Virus record (IMG/VR): IMGVR_UViG_3300017746_000089
Reading direction: 5' to 3' (one strand)
Source: a virus
DNA: 29,895 nt
Numbering within the stretch: position 1 is the stretch's first letter; the number at the start of each line of letters is the position of its first letter. Shown one piece after another: positions 1 through 8,822 of this stretch. The notes under the pieces are model-generated. The model ran no database searches. It had not been told where the DNA came from and worked only from the letters and a program-made list of their open reading frames with translations. The translations under genes were made by a program, and so were the position numbers.

Positions 1-123
1 CTACTGGTTTTATACTACCATCAGATAATTCAATATTTACTTGTCCGTATTTATCTTCAAGTACCTTTTTATTATCTTCAATTTCTTGATTAAGTTGTGC
101 AAATAAATGACTTAATGTATGTA
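1..123. repeat. Left copy of exact 123-bp terminal direct repeat
   Basis: Bases 1-123 (ctactggttttatactacc...cttaatgtatgta) are identical to 29773-29895; offset 29,772 bp. Confidence 0.95.
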
Positions 124-220
124 TTTGTGTTTGCAGTAAACCCATATCATTTAAAATTGCTCTTTTTCTTTGGTCTTGTTCTTGAACTAATTTTAATTCT
201 TCTTTTGTGATTTTTGACAT
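1..220 (-). CDS. Hypothetical 79-aa protein, first 73 codons. The ORF wraps the window junction; its last codons and TGA are at 29753-29772.
   Basis: ATG at 220-218. Hand translation MSKITKEELKLVQEQDQRKRAILNDMGLLQTQIHTLSHLFAQLNQEIEDNKKVLEDKYGQVNIELSDGSIKPV stays open to base 1 and continues EDGKNK* through the repeat. The stop overlaps the endolysin ATG. Confidence 0.55.
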   Translation of the reverse strand, partial: MSKITKEELKLVQEQDQRKRAILNDMGLLQTQIHTLSHLFAQLNQEIEDNKKVLEDKYGQVNIELSDGSIKPV

Positions 221-262
221 TTTAATATTTTTTAAAGTTATTTATCAAAGATAACTAATTTT

Positions 263-637
263 TTAATACCCTAATGTTACAACAGTTAATTGTACTCTTG
301 GTACTTGAAATTGATTTGGTAATGAAGCAATTTGCAATTCAATAGTATCATTTACAGCATATCCACTTCCTATATTAGTTATTGTAAAAGCAGTTGCAGT
401 ACGATTGACTAATGTTACAGTAAATGTTGCACCCGTTCCACTTCCCGATGTTGAAAATTGTGTTGCAGAAAATGTACCATCTTGTGATTTTATATTGCCT
501 GATGAATTAGATATACTTGCAGTTGCAATACCAGAGGGCAAAGGAAAAACTTGCGTACTTCCTAAATATGCTTTTAATACTGATGTACTACCTAACTTTA
601 ATGCACTAATGGCATTGCTTCCTAAATTTATTCCCAT
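263..637 (-). CDS. Hypothetical virion protein, probably fibre-associated
   Basis: 124-aa ORF whose ATG lies directly after the fibre stop. G/S/T-rich like the fibre; N-terminal LKLGSTSVLKAYLGSTQVF-type motif. Confidence 0.5.
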   Translation of the reverse strand: MGINLGSNAISALKLGSTSVLKAYLGSTQVFPLPSGIATASISNSSGNIKSQDGTFSATQFSTSGSGTGATFTVTLVNRTATAFTITNIGSGYAVNDTIELQIASLPNQFQVPRVQLTVVTLGY

Positions 638-638
638 A

Positions 639-3600
639 TTAAGTAATTATATATAAAGTTGTTGCATTTTGAGGAGAGCCTGCATATTGTGCTGCTGTCA
701 TACTGACTACATTTAAAATTTGAGTAGCTCCCGTACCCTCTCCTGTTGTATTACTATCAATAGTGTTTACTTCTGCACCTGTTTCAATTCCTGCTAATTT
801 ATTAGCATCTGCAGTTGGATAACTATTTTTAGCGTTGTTAGTTGTGATGTTTGCTGCTTGTGTTGGACTTATAGTTGTAGTATCTCCTGCTAATGCAGTT
901 GTTGATGATGTACCTAATTGCAATAATGCAGTATCACCCTCTAAAGCAGTTCCAGCAGTTGTACCAAGTACCATTGAAACCTTTGCATTGTTTGCAGTAA
1001 TATCACTTGCTTGTTGAGTAGTAATACCTACCTTATTATTATTTGCACTTATATCTGATGCTTGTTGTGTGGTAATTCCAACTTTTGCAGTATTAGCTGC
1101 TACACTTGAATTTGCAGATACTCTTGCTTCTGTATAATAAAGGTTATTAGTACCCTCTGCAATATCATCTGTACCTAAAACTACAACCCCAGTATCACCA
1201 TTAACACTATCAACGGGTGCAGCACTTGGTATAGTTGGTTTGTTTTGAATAAAAGCATCACTATTTGTATCTGTTTCATTCCAATTTGATTGTACATTAA
1301 CTTCTGCATTATCTTCAATTCCTGCTAACTTTGTTGCATCTGCACTTGGATAAGAATTTTTAGCATTATTAGCAGTTATATTAGATGCTTGTGTGGGTGT
1401 AATCGTAGTAGTGTTACCTGCCATTGCTTCATTTGCAGCAGTACCGATAACCATTGAAACCTTTGAATTATTATTGGTTATATCAGTAGCTTGTTGTGTA
1501 GTGATACCAACTTTAGCAGTATTAGCTACAACATCAGTATTAGCAGATACCAATGCTTGTGTAAAACCTACCTTTGCAGTATTTAATGTAACTGCTGAAT
1601 TTGCTGCAACTCTTGCATCGGTAAAATAAAGATTTACATTTTCTGCAATATCACCCGTATCAAGTACTACTGCACCAGTTTGAGTATTTACGCTTGTAAC
1701 ACTATCTGCATCTGTAACTATAACCCAAGCTGCATTTTTTCTTGCATATTCATTACCATCACTTGGTGCATCTACAAATGAAACTTTAGCAGTATTTGCA
1801 GTTATTTCGTTTGCTTGTGTAGGTGTTATTGTTGTAGTATTACCCTCTAATGCAGTACCAGCAGTAGTTCCTAAAACCATAGAAACTTTACTATTGTTGG
1901 TTGTAATATTTGCAGCTTGTGTAGGTGTAATTGTAGTTGTATCACCAGCAAGGGCAGTAGTTGATGTTGTACCAAGTTGTAATAAACTTGTGTTACCTGC
2001 TAAAGCAGTACTTGCAGTTGTACCCAATACCATATATTTATTGGTTGTACCTTGTGCAATATTATCTGTATCTAACACTACTACCCCCGTTGCACCATTT
2101 ACACTATCTACTGGTGCTGCTGATGGTGGTACATTTAAAACACCATTAACAATTTCTAAACTTCCTGCATTACCCGTAACACTTTGTACTATTCCTAAAT
2201 TACTTGTAAAATTGCTTGGGTTTGTACTATTATAAGGTGTAAAGCCTAAAGCAGTAATTACATCAGAATTTGTTACTGTATATGTAGAAATAAAATTATT
2301 TGGATTGGTAGCATTGTAAGGTGTGAAACCTAAAGCAGTTGTAACATCACTACTATCAATTCCCGTAATATAATTGTTTGGGTTTGTATTACTGTATGGA
2401 GTAAAGCCTAAAGCACTTGTTACGTTTGCACTTGTTAAACTTAATGTACCACCTAATGTTAATATAGGATCAGTACTTGTACCCCCCGTTGTTAATGTTA
2501 AACCACTTACTGAACCAGTTCCCGTTACACTTGAAACACCACCACCACCACTACTGACAGTTGTAAAAGTAAAAGCACCACTACCATTAGTTGTTAATAC
2601 TTGCCCACTTATTCCATCTGCACCTACATCATCTAATTCAAGCAATCCTAAAGAAACTGCACCCGTTAAACCATTTACGCTATCTACATCGTTTACTTCT
2701 GCACCTGCTTGTATTCCTGCAAGTTTAGTTGCATCAGCAGTAGGGTAAGAATTTTTTGCAGTATTATTTGTTATTGCAGTTGCTTGACTTGATGTGATAC
2801 CAACCTTTGCAGTATTTGCAACTACATCTGAATTAGCAGATACTAAAGCATCCGTATAACCTACTTTGGCATTGTTAGTTGTTATATCACTTGCTTGTTG
2901 CGTTGTGATGCCTACCTTTGCATTATTGGTAGTAATGTCTGATGCTTGTGTAGGTGTGATACCTACCTTTAAAGTGTTTGCTGCTATTTCGTTTGCTTGA
3001 CTTGTAGTAATTCCAACTTTAGCGTTGTTATTAGTAATGTCCGTTGCTTGTTGTGATGTTATGCCTACTTTAGCAGTATTTGCTGATACACTACTATTTG
3101 CAGAAACTCTTGAATCTGTATAGTATAAATTAGTTGTACCCTCGCTTATATCATCAGTTTCAAGAACAACCGTACCAGTTTGTCCATTTACAGAAGAAAC
3201 ATTACCACCACCACCACTACTATATTGAGGTATATTTAAAACACCACTTACAAGTGTAGCTGAACCACCACTACCATTAGTTGTTAATGATGTAAAAATA
3301 TTAACTTCTGCACCAGCTTCAATACCATTTAACTTTGTACTTGAAGCACTATCAAAAGATATTTTAGCGTTGTTGTTTGTTATATCAGTAGCTTGTTGTG
3401 TGGTTATTCCTACCTTTAATGTATTAGCAGATATTTCATTTGCTTGTGTTGGTGTGATACCAACTTTTGCAGTATTTAAAACAATAGCATCAGATTGTGA
3501 TGTAGTAATTCCAACTTTTGCAGTATTTGCTACAACATTACTGTTTGCATCAACTCTTGCATCGGTGTAATACAAATTTGTTGCACCCTCTGTAATATCA

Positions 3601-4067
3601 TCTGTATCAAGTACCACAACACCAGTTTGCCCATTAACACTATCTACTGCACCACCACCACTTACAACTGACCACCCTTGCGATTGTCTTGCATACTGTT
3701 GCCCATCGTTTGGTGCTTCGGGGAATGTAACTTTTGCAGTATTTAAAGCAACTGCACTATTTGATTCTACCCTTGCATCTGTAAAATATAAATTTGTACC
3801 CTCTGCTATATTAGTACTTGTAAGAACAACAACACCCGTTTGCCCGTTTACACTATCAACTGCACCACTTGATAAACCAACTACAGTTGCGTTTGTTAAA
3901 TCTAAAGTTCCAGTAAAACTTGCTGATGATGTACCTATACTTAAAGTTGATGCGTTACCTAAACCATCAGTTAGGTTTTTTTCTACTGCACCTATTACAC
4001 CATTATCAGATGTTTTTATTAACCCCTCGTAAGTATCAGATATTTTAGTATTAAATAAAGTTGCCAT
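639..4067 (-). CDS. Tail fibre / receptor-binding protein, hyper-repetitive (1142 aa)
   Basis: Seven copies of a VDSVNGxTGVVVL..DI.EGTNLYYTDARV.ANS.V..NTAKVG module. Many 17-aa NTAKVGITTQQATDITN repeats, three ALGFTPYN.TNPNNF repeats, SNWNETDTNSDAFIQNKP and P.DG.EYAR motifs. Largest gene; distal position typical of fibres. Confidence 0.8.
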   Translation of the reverse strand: MATLFNTKISDTYEGLIKTSDNGVIGAVEKNLTDGLGNASTLSIGTSSASFTGTLDLTNATVVGLSSGAVDSVNGQTGVVVLTSTNIAEGTNLYFTDARVESNSAVALNTAKVTFPEAPNDGQQYARQSQGWSVVSGGGAVDSVNGQTGVVVLDTDDITEGATNLYYTDARVDANSNVVANTAKVGITTSQSDAIVLNTAKVGITPTQANEISANTLKVGITTQQATDITNNNAKISFDSASSTKLNGIEAGAEVNIFTSLTTNGSGGSATLVSGVLNIPQYSSGGGGNVSSVNGQTGTVVLETDDISEGTTNLYYTDSRVSANSSVSANTAKVGITSQQATDITNNNAKVGITTSQANEIAANTLKVGITPTQASDITTNNAKVGITTQQASDITTNNAKVGYTDALVSANSDVVANTAKVGITSSQATAITNNTAKNSYPTADATKLAGIQAGAEVNDVDSVNGLTGAVSLGLLELDDVGADGISGQVLTTNGSGAFTFTTVSSGGGGVSSVTGTGSVSGLTLTTGGTSTDPILTLGGTLSLTSANVTSALGFTPYSNTNPNNYITGIDSSDVTTALGFTPYNATNPNNFISTYTVTNSDVITALGFTPYNSTNPSNFTSNLGIVQSVTGNAGSLEIVNGVLNVPPSAAPVDSVNGATGVVVLDTDNIAQGTTNKYMVLGTTASTALAGNTSLLQLGTTSTTALAGDTTTITPTQAANITTNNSKVSMVLGTTAGTALEGNTTTITPTQANEITANTAKVSFVDAPSDGNEYARKNAAWVIVTDADSVTSVNTQTGAVVLDTGDIAENVNLYFTDARVAANSAVTLNTAKVGFTQALVSANTDVVANTAKVGITTQQATDITNNNSKVSMVIGTAANEAMAGNTTTITPTQASNITANNAKNSYPSADATKLAGIEDNAEVNVQSNWNETDTNSDAFIQNKPTIPSAAPVDSVNGDTGVVVLGTDDIAEGTNNLYYTEARVSANSSVAANTAKVGITTQQASDISANNNKVGITTQQASDITANNAKVSMVLGTTAGTALEGDTALLQLGTSSTTALAGDTTTISPTQAANITTNNAKNSYPTADANKLAGIETGAEVNTIDSNTTGEGTGATQILNVVSMTAAQYAGSPQNATTLYIIT

Positions 4068-4145
4068 ACTATTTTTTGTTTTTTATTTTAACCCTTTTTA
4101 AAAAGGTTTTTAGTTTTTCTATGTTTGCTTTTTTCGGTTTATAAA

Positions 4146-4652
4146 TCATAATACCCACCCATTAAAAGTTGCATCATTACTTGGGTATATATCATCATTT
4201 ATATTACTTGTGTATTCTGGATATGTAGTTTGGTTAAAACTCATAAAGTCAATAAATCTTCTACTATACCATTCAGCGTTTGTACGTGCTTTTTCTACTA
4301 AAAAATCTATTTCGTTTTTATCTACTGATTGTGAATTTTCTGATGTATGTTTAAACACCCCACCATTTTTTATTTGATACGCTGCAAAAGGCATATAGTT
4401 AGATTGTGCATACCATATTAACATTGGTGCTATATAATCATCTAAAACTGTTTTCCATCTTGCATTAGCTGGTAAATCAATATTAGGTATTGCAGCAGTT
4501 AAACCATCGTACATTTTAGTTCCCATTATTTGCTGAACATCTATTTCTTGTGCAATCTTAACAAACTGAATAAAACGATCAGTATCTACTGAACCAGAAA
4601 GTATCGAGTTTCTTACTAAATCAGTTCTATTTATAAATAAAGTTGTAGCCAT
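4146..4652 (-). CDS. Hypothetical virion protein, possible head-tail connector/adaptor
   Basis: 168-aa ORF directly downstream of the portal. N-terminal pattern (TDLVRNSILSGSVDTDRFIQFVKIAQEIDVQQIMGTKMYDGL) resembles gp6-like adaptor families. Judged by eye only. Confidence 0.35.
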   Translation of the reverse strand: MATTLFINRTDLVRNSILSGSVDTDRFIQFVKIAQEIDVQQIMGTKMYDGLTAAIPNIDLPANARWKTVLDDYIAPMLIWYAQSNYMPFAAYQIKNGGVFKHTSENSQSVDKNEIDFLVEKARTNAEWYSRRFIDFMSFNQTTYPEYTSNINDDIYPSNDATFNGWVL

Positions 4653-4658
4653 ATTTTT

Positions 4659-6719
4659 TTATTTGTATGCACCTCTATCGGGCATATTAATTGGTGCTAT
4701 TTCTGATTCTCTTGTACCAGCTGGTTTAATATTATAACTTGATGGTATTGCCCTTGTTCTTTTATAGTCATCTAAATTTTCAGATGGTTCAGTTGTTGCT
4801 TTCATTCTATACAAAACCCTAACCCATTTATGCCTACAATAAATACCCCCTTTAAATTTGAAAAGCGAATAGTTTTGCCCTTTATGCCCAAATTCATTAT
4901 TTACACCTCTAAAACTTGCTTGGTCAATATCTTCTTTTCGGTATATAATACCATCATCAGATAAACGCATCATATTTTTACAAAAGGTTCTTGACTGGTT
5001 GCCTTTTTCCATTGCTTTAGTTGATCCTACAACATATTTATATCTTATTTTATAATATTTAGAATCTAAATAGCTTTCAGCACTACCATTGTTTTTAGAT
5101 GTAATTTCATCATATAGCCTTGTGAATAAACTTTTTTTCTTTTTTATACAAATATTTGCCCAATCATCATCACTAATGTTTTCATCTGTACTTAATTCAT
5201 CTACCAATTCCCATTCATCACCAACTTTTTCACCTTGTAAATGTTTTAAAATAGATTCACCCATTTCATCAGATAAAAAAGGTTCTTTTTCCATTTTAAC
5301 ACAATTAGGTACTTCCTTACCATCTTTTATTTTTGTACCATATTGTTCGTAACCATCCCAACAAGGTGCTTTTAATTCTTGGTGTGTTTCACAAGGCATA
5401 TAATATGTAATACCCTCTACCTCGTGTGCGTGATAACCACCACAACCCATTTCTTCTGCTACCTTTATTGCTTCCTCTTTGGTTTCGTATGCTTCTTTGC
5501 CATCTATTTGTTTTAGGCTAAATCTTCTTTTTTCAACACCCGTTTCTTCTTCAATAGTATCTGCATCTTGTACTGACTTATCTACATCTGTAAATTCTAA
5601 AGGTTGTAATGTTGTAAAATATAGGTTTAAGCTAATTTCATTGTACGCTAATATTTGGTCAAAGCAATCAATTAAAAGTTCTTGAAATGGTCTTATAACG
5701 GTGTTATCCATTAGTAAGGATGCAGTCTTTATTTCTTCTGCATTATTACCTAAACCCGAACCATCTTTAATACCTAATAGCATAGGTGAAACAATCCTAT
5801 GTGCTACCATTATTTTTTGTGTACTTTCTTCACTTAAAAATTGGTATTGGTTATGTGCATCACTTAATTGTACTGGTGTTATTTCTGCTTGTGATTCTTT
5901 GTTGTCATTAAAAGCTAAAATAAATTTACCAGCGTTTGATGTACCACTAAACTTTTGAGCAATTTTATTTTCTATTAATTTACGTTCTTGTTGGTTAGGT
6001 GTACCATTGTTAAAGTTAATTAACATTGATGGTGCTAAACCATTCATAATATTGTTTAAATGGTAATTAGATACTTCTTCTTCTAATTCTGCATATTGTA
6101 AACCACCTTGATAATCTACTGGTGAATAGTAGTAAAAACCACTTTTATATGGTTTTATATAATAAATTTCTATACCCTCTTTAGACATTCCAAAAGCTGG
6201 TATTCTTAAAGGTTCATCAGTACGTTTTATGTTTGCCCAATCATCAAAATAAAAGTATGCTGGTATTTCACCATTTTCATCACATTTTTCAGCACGTAAT
6301 GTTTCAATAGGTATATGCTCTAACTGAACAATTTTACTACGATCTTTTGAGTAAATTACTTGTATTGCAGCATTACCCATTAGCTTTAAATCGTAACACA
6401 CTTTTCTAACTACATCTTTTTTAAACAATGCAATCATTTGTGCGTACTCATTAGGTTTTCTGTTACTATCAGTTGCGTTCAGTCCTTTTCCATATATAGC
6501 TTGACTAATGCCATTAATAGCAGCGTTATTAGTAGGTGAACCATTGTATCTATCTATTAAGTATTGAAAATAATTGTTATCTGCACCGTATTCTATCCAA
6601 TCTTCACCGTTTACTTCTTTAATTTCTGGGCTTGTGTAAGTACTTAAATTAACAAAGCCAAATTCTGATACCTTTGATGCTTTTGTAAATTGTCCTTTAC
6701 TATTTCTTTGTCTTTTCAT
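4659..6719 (-). CDS. Portal protein with a C-terminal Cys/His-rich region and a MuF/SPP1 gp7-like minor-head domain
   Basis: 686 aa. Portal-like core (aa 1-375, e.g. WIEYGADNNYFQYLIDRYNGSPTNNAAING). Extension contains GCGGYHAHEVEGITYYMPCETH, APCWDGYEQYGTKIKDGKEVPNCV, and SRTFCKNMMRLSDDGIIYRKEDI...GGIYCRHKW (MuF-type motif). Confidence 0.75.
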   Translation of the reverse strand: MKRQRNSKGQFTKASKVSEFGFVNLSTYTSPEIKEVNGEDWIEYGADNNYFQYLIDRYNGSPTNNAAINGISQAIYGKGLNATDSNRKPNEYAQMIALFKKDVVRKVCYDLKLMGNAAIQVIYSKDRSKIVQLEHIPIETLRAEKCDENGEIPAYFYFDDWANIKRTDEPLRIPAFGMSKEGIEIYYIKPYKSGFYYYSPVDYQGGLQYAELEEEVSNYHLNNIMNGLAPSMLINFNNGTPNQQERKLIENKIAQKFSGTSNAGKFILAFNDNKESQAEITPVQLSDAHNQYQFLSEESTQKIMVAHRIVSPMLLGIKDGSGLGNNAEEIKTASLLMDNTVIRPFQELLIDCFDQILAYNEISLNLYFTTLQPLEFTDVDKSVQDADTIEEETGVEKRRFSLKQIDGKEAYETKEEAIKVAEEMGCGGYHAHEVEGITYYMPCETHQELKAPCWDGYEQYGTKIKDGKEVPNCVKMEKEPFLSDEMGESILKHLQGEKVGDEWELVDELSTDENISDDDWANICIKKKKSLFTRLYDEITSKNNGSAESYLDSKYYKIRYKYVVGSTKAMEKGNQSRTFCKNMMRLSDDGIIYRKEDIDQASFRGVNNEFGHKGQNYSLFKFKGGIYCRHKWVRVLYRMKATTEPSENLDDYKRTRAIPSSYNIKPAGTRESEIAPINMPDRGAYK

Positions 6720-7144
6720 ATTACTATATAAGTATTATTATAACCATTGTAGGTTGTATATTGCCCTTTATTTAAGTTATAATAGTCATTATTATTTTGG
6801 TCTATATCTTGGTCTGTACAGAAAATTCTATCCTTATAAATAACTCCATCACTTGCATCATCTACATTCCAAAGCGTTGTATCGTTTTCCCATAACTTAA
6901 CATTTGTATTCCAAAAACTATTTGCAGTTTCTAATGTTACATCGTAAAAATGATTTTCTACTAATATAGGGTTAAATATATTTGTAAATGTTAAATAATT
7001 ACCTACTTGTGTAGCACCATTGATTTGATAGGTTTTTACTACGTTTGTACTATCATCACGTATAGACATAATAAAATCTGTTAAGTAATCTCTTGGTATT
7101 ACTGATAACGATTGTGCAGTTGCACTTGTGGTTAATATAATCAT
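6716..7144 (-). CDS. Hypothetical structural-module protein
   Basis: The ORF track starts at TTG 7147. The adjacent ATG at 7144-7142 is the more likely start. Stop overlaps the portal ATG (ATGA). Confidence 0.5.
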   Translation of the reverse strand: MIILTTSATAQSLSVIPRDYLTDFIMSIRDDSTNVVKTYQINGATQVGNYLTFTNIFNPILVENHFYDVTLETANSFWNTNVKLWENDTTLWNVDDASDGVIYKDRIFCTDQDIDQNNNDYYNLNKGQYTTYNGYNNTYIVI

Positions 7145-7148
7145 CAAC

Positions 7149-7157
7149 TATATAACG
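7149..7157 (-). promoter_or_regulatory. CGTTATATA motif, copy A (minus strand: TTTACGTTATATAG TTG ATG)
   Basis: tatataacg on the + strand. Lies 1 nt from TTG and 4 nt from the ATG of 6716-7144, and immediately downstream of a terminator. Confidence 0.6.
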
Positions 7158-7191
7158 TAAATAATTACCTAATTTGTAGAAATTATATTGT

Positions 7192-7218
7192 AAAAAAAAA
7201 GCACCCTATAAAGGATGC
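7192..7218 (-). terminator. Intrinsic terminator after 7243-7764
   Basis: Minus-strand GCATCC-TTTATA-GGGTGC hairpin followed by T9. One stem position is a G-U pair on the minus transcript only (A-C mismatch on the + strand). Confidence 0.7.
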
Positions 7219-7242
7219 TTAATTTATTAACTAAAATTAAAA

Positions 7243-7764
7243 CTATGCAGTTGGATCTATTTGTGTTGCATCACCAGTTACTGGTGCATCTAAAAAGTAT
7301 GGTGCAGTTTCTTCCATACCCTCAAAAGTAAGTGTAAAACCACTTAAATCACCTGCTGCTGCTCCCGTTACTACTGTTCCACCCGTACATTCCATTCCAT
7401 TTTCAAACCCACATAAGAAACTATTACCGTAATAATCTTCAACTACAACTTGTGGTCTTGCTACTGCAAGTGTTTGTAGTTCTGCTTGTGTTTTTGCATC
7501 TAAATAAGTTAGTGTTAAGTTTAAAGTTTGAGTATAAAATGTAGTTCCATTTTCTCTACTACTTGTTACAGTAGTTTCTAAAGATGAATTACCCTTTACA
7601 TCAAATTCAAACCACGTTGGGCTACCAGTTATTGTTGCTTCTTTAGTTGTACTATCTACTGTTACAGCAGTTATACCACCATAATCAGCAAAATATACTC
7701 TTTTAATACCCCCAAACGCTGATTTGCAAGGTATTTTTCTTCCAGTTGTTAATAAACAAGACAT
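7243..7764 (-). CDS. Abundant virion protein, putative major tail (tube) protein or head decoration protein
   Basis: 173-aa ORF bracketed by two strong terminators right after the capsid gene. Beta-rich sequence pattern (GGIKRVYFADYGGI...VVVEDYYGNSFLCGFENGMECTGGTVVTGAAAGDLSGFTLTFEG) recalls tail-tube families. Confidence 0.4.
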   Translation of the reverse strand: MSCLLTTGRKIPCKSAFGGIKRVYFADYGGITAVTVDSTTKEATITGSPTWFEFDVKGNSSLETTVTSSRENGTTFYTQTLNLTLTYLDAKTQAELQTLAVARPQVVVEDYYGNSFLCGFENGMECTGGTVVTGAAAGDLSGFTLTFEGMEETAPYFLDAPVTGDATQIDPTA

Positions 7765-7779
7765 ATATATATTTTTTTT

Positions 7780-7813
7780 AAAAAAAAAGGGTAAGTAGAT
7801 GACCTACCTACCC
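7780..7813 (-). terminator. Strong intrinsic terminator after the major capsid gene
   Basis: Minus-strand GGGTAGGTAG-GTCAT-CTACTTACCC (10-bp stem) followed by T9. Confidence 0.8.
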
Positions 7814-7834
7814 TAATTTATTGGTTAATTAATT

Positions 7835-8815
7835 TTAAGCGTATTCTACTAAATCTTCAGCAATTCCAAACTGTACTGCTGATGTAAAACGCATTACCAT
7901 TCTTACATTGTTTGAAGCATCTAAATCTGCCATATCCAATACTTTAATAGAATTTGTATCGTTTAACAATCCAGTTCCAAAGTATAGGTTACTTCTTTGT
8001 GCTGCATACATTTTGTTGTCTGACATTCCAGGACATACAAAAATCTTAACACCATTTACAGTTAGTGATCCGTTATTCCACCATTGTGTACCCATATTGT
8101 TTACACCATTTGCACCTAAACCAGCTGCTACAAAACCACCTAATGCTTGTACATAGAATTTAGCTGCTTTTGAACCAATGTATAAGAATAAATCTTCTTT
8201 TCCGTAAAGTGAAGCTGGTATAGCATCTACTACTTTAGATAATTCTGCAATAATATTAGTTGCATCTAAACCACCTGCTACTGCTGCTACTTGCTGACCT
8301 GCTGGTATATCACCTGCTGCTGCTGATGCTGCAATTAGTTTTTCAAACCCATCAAATGAATTGTTAGTACCAGCTGCGGTATCACCTTGCCAAATACAAA
8401 ATTCTGTATTCTGTGCTACTTCTGCTGCTACGTGTGCAATCATAAAATCAGAAAATTTAGGTGGTAATGACTGACCTAAACCATATCCCATTTGTTGTGC
8501 TTCCCAATCGTTCACAAAATCATACTTACATAATTGTAGATTAACTTGTAATTCTACTGGTTGTATAATTCTTTCTGTTAATGTTACAGATGAATTAGGT
8601 GTAAAATCACAACTTGCTGGACTTACTAATGAACCAGTTGCTAATTTTTTTAATACTTCTTTGTAAGCAATATTTGCTTTTACTGTAATACCACCATCAT
8701 CAATAGTTGATGCAGATAGTAAAGCTGCTGCAATATACTCACCAGCAAATTCACCAGCATAAGTTGTAGTGATATTAACTGTAGTTGCAAGATTTGTTTT
8801 TCTTAAATTTGCCAT
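7835..8815 (-). CDS. Major capsid protein
   Basis: 326-aa ORF directly after the acidic scaffold-like gene and before a strong terminator. Composition and length fit an HK97-fold coat protein. Judged by eye only. Confidence 0.7.
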   Translation of the reverse strand: MANLRKTNLATTVNITTTYAGEFAGEYIAAALLSASTIDDGGITVKANIAYKEVLKKLATGSLVSPASCDFTPNSSVTLTERIIQPVELQVNLQLCKYDFVNDWEAQQMGYGLGQSLPPKFSDFMIAHVAAEVAQNTEFCIWQGDTAAGTNNSFDGFEKLIAASAAAGDIPAGQQVAAVAGGLDATNIIAELSKVVDAIPASLYGKEDLFLYIGSKAAKFYVQALGGFVAAGLGANGVNNMGTQWWNNGSLTVNGVKIFVCPGMSDNKMYAAQRSNLYFGTGLLNDTNSIKVLDMADLDASNNVRMVMRFTSAVQFGIAEDLVEYA

Positions 8816-8822
8816 TTTTATT

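Noticed and set aside
835-3570. Six + strand ORFs (835-1017, 1393-1629, 1894-2235, 1961-2149, 2374-2748, 3370-3570) encoding V/C/A-rich 'proteins', some similar to each other
   Set aside because: They lie wholly antisense to the fibre gene. Their mutual similarity simply mirrors the sense-strand repeats. They have no plausible starts or regulatory context, and the genome is otherwise strictly one-stranded.
639-4067. Regular ~51-nt periodic repeats that could superficially resemble a CRISPR array or satellite
   Set aside because: The periodicity is in frame (17 aa) inside one long ORF. The units are degenerate rather than exact, and there are no unique spacers. These are coding repeats of the fibre.
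4090-4108. Palindrome aaccctttttaaaaaggtt between the adaptor-like gene and the fibre gene
   Set aside because: On the transcribed (minus) strand it is not followed by a U-run, and the stem is mostly A-U with essentially no loop. It is not convincing as a terminator. A T-run follows only on the non-coding + strand.
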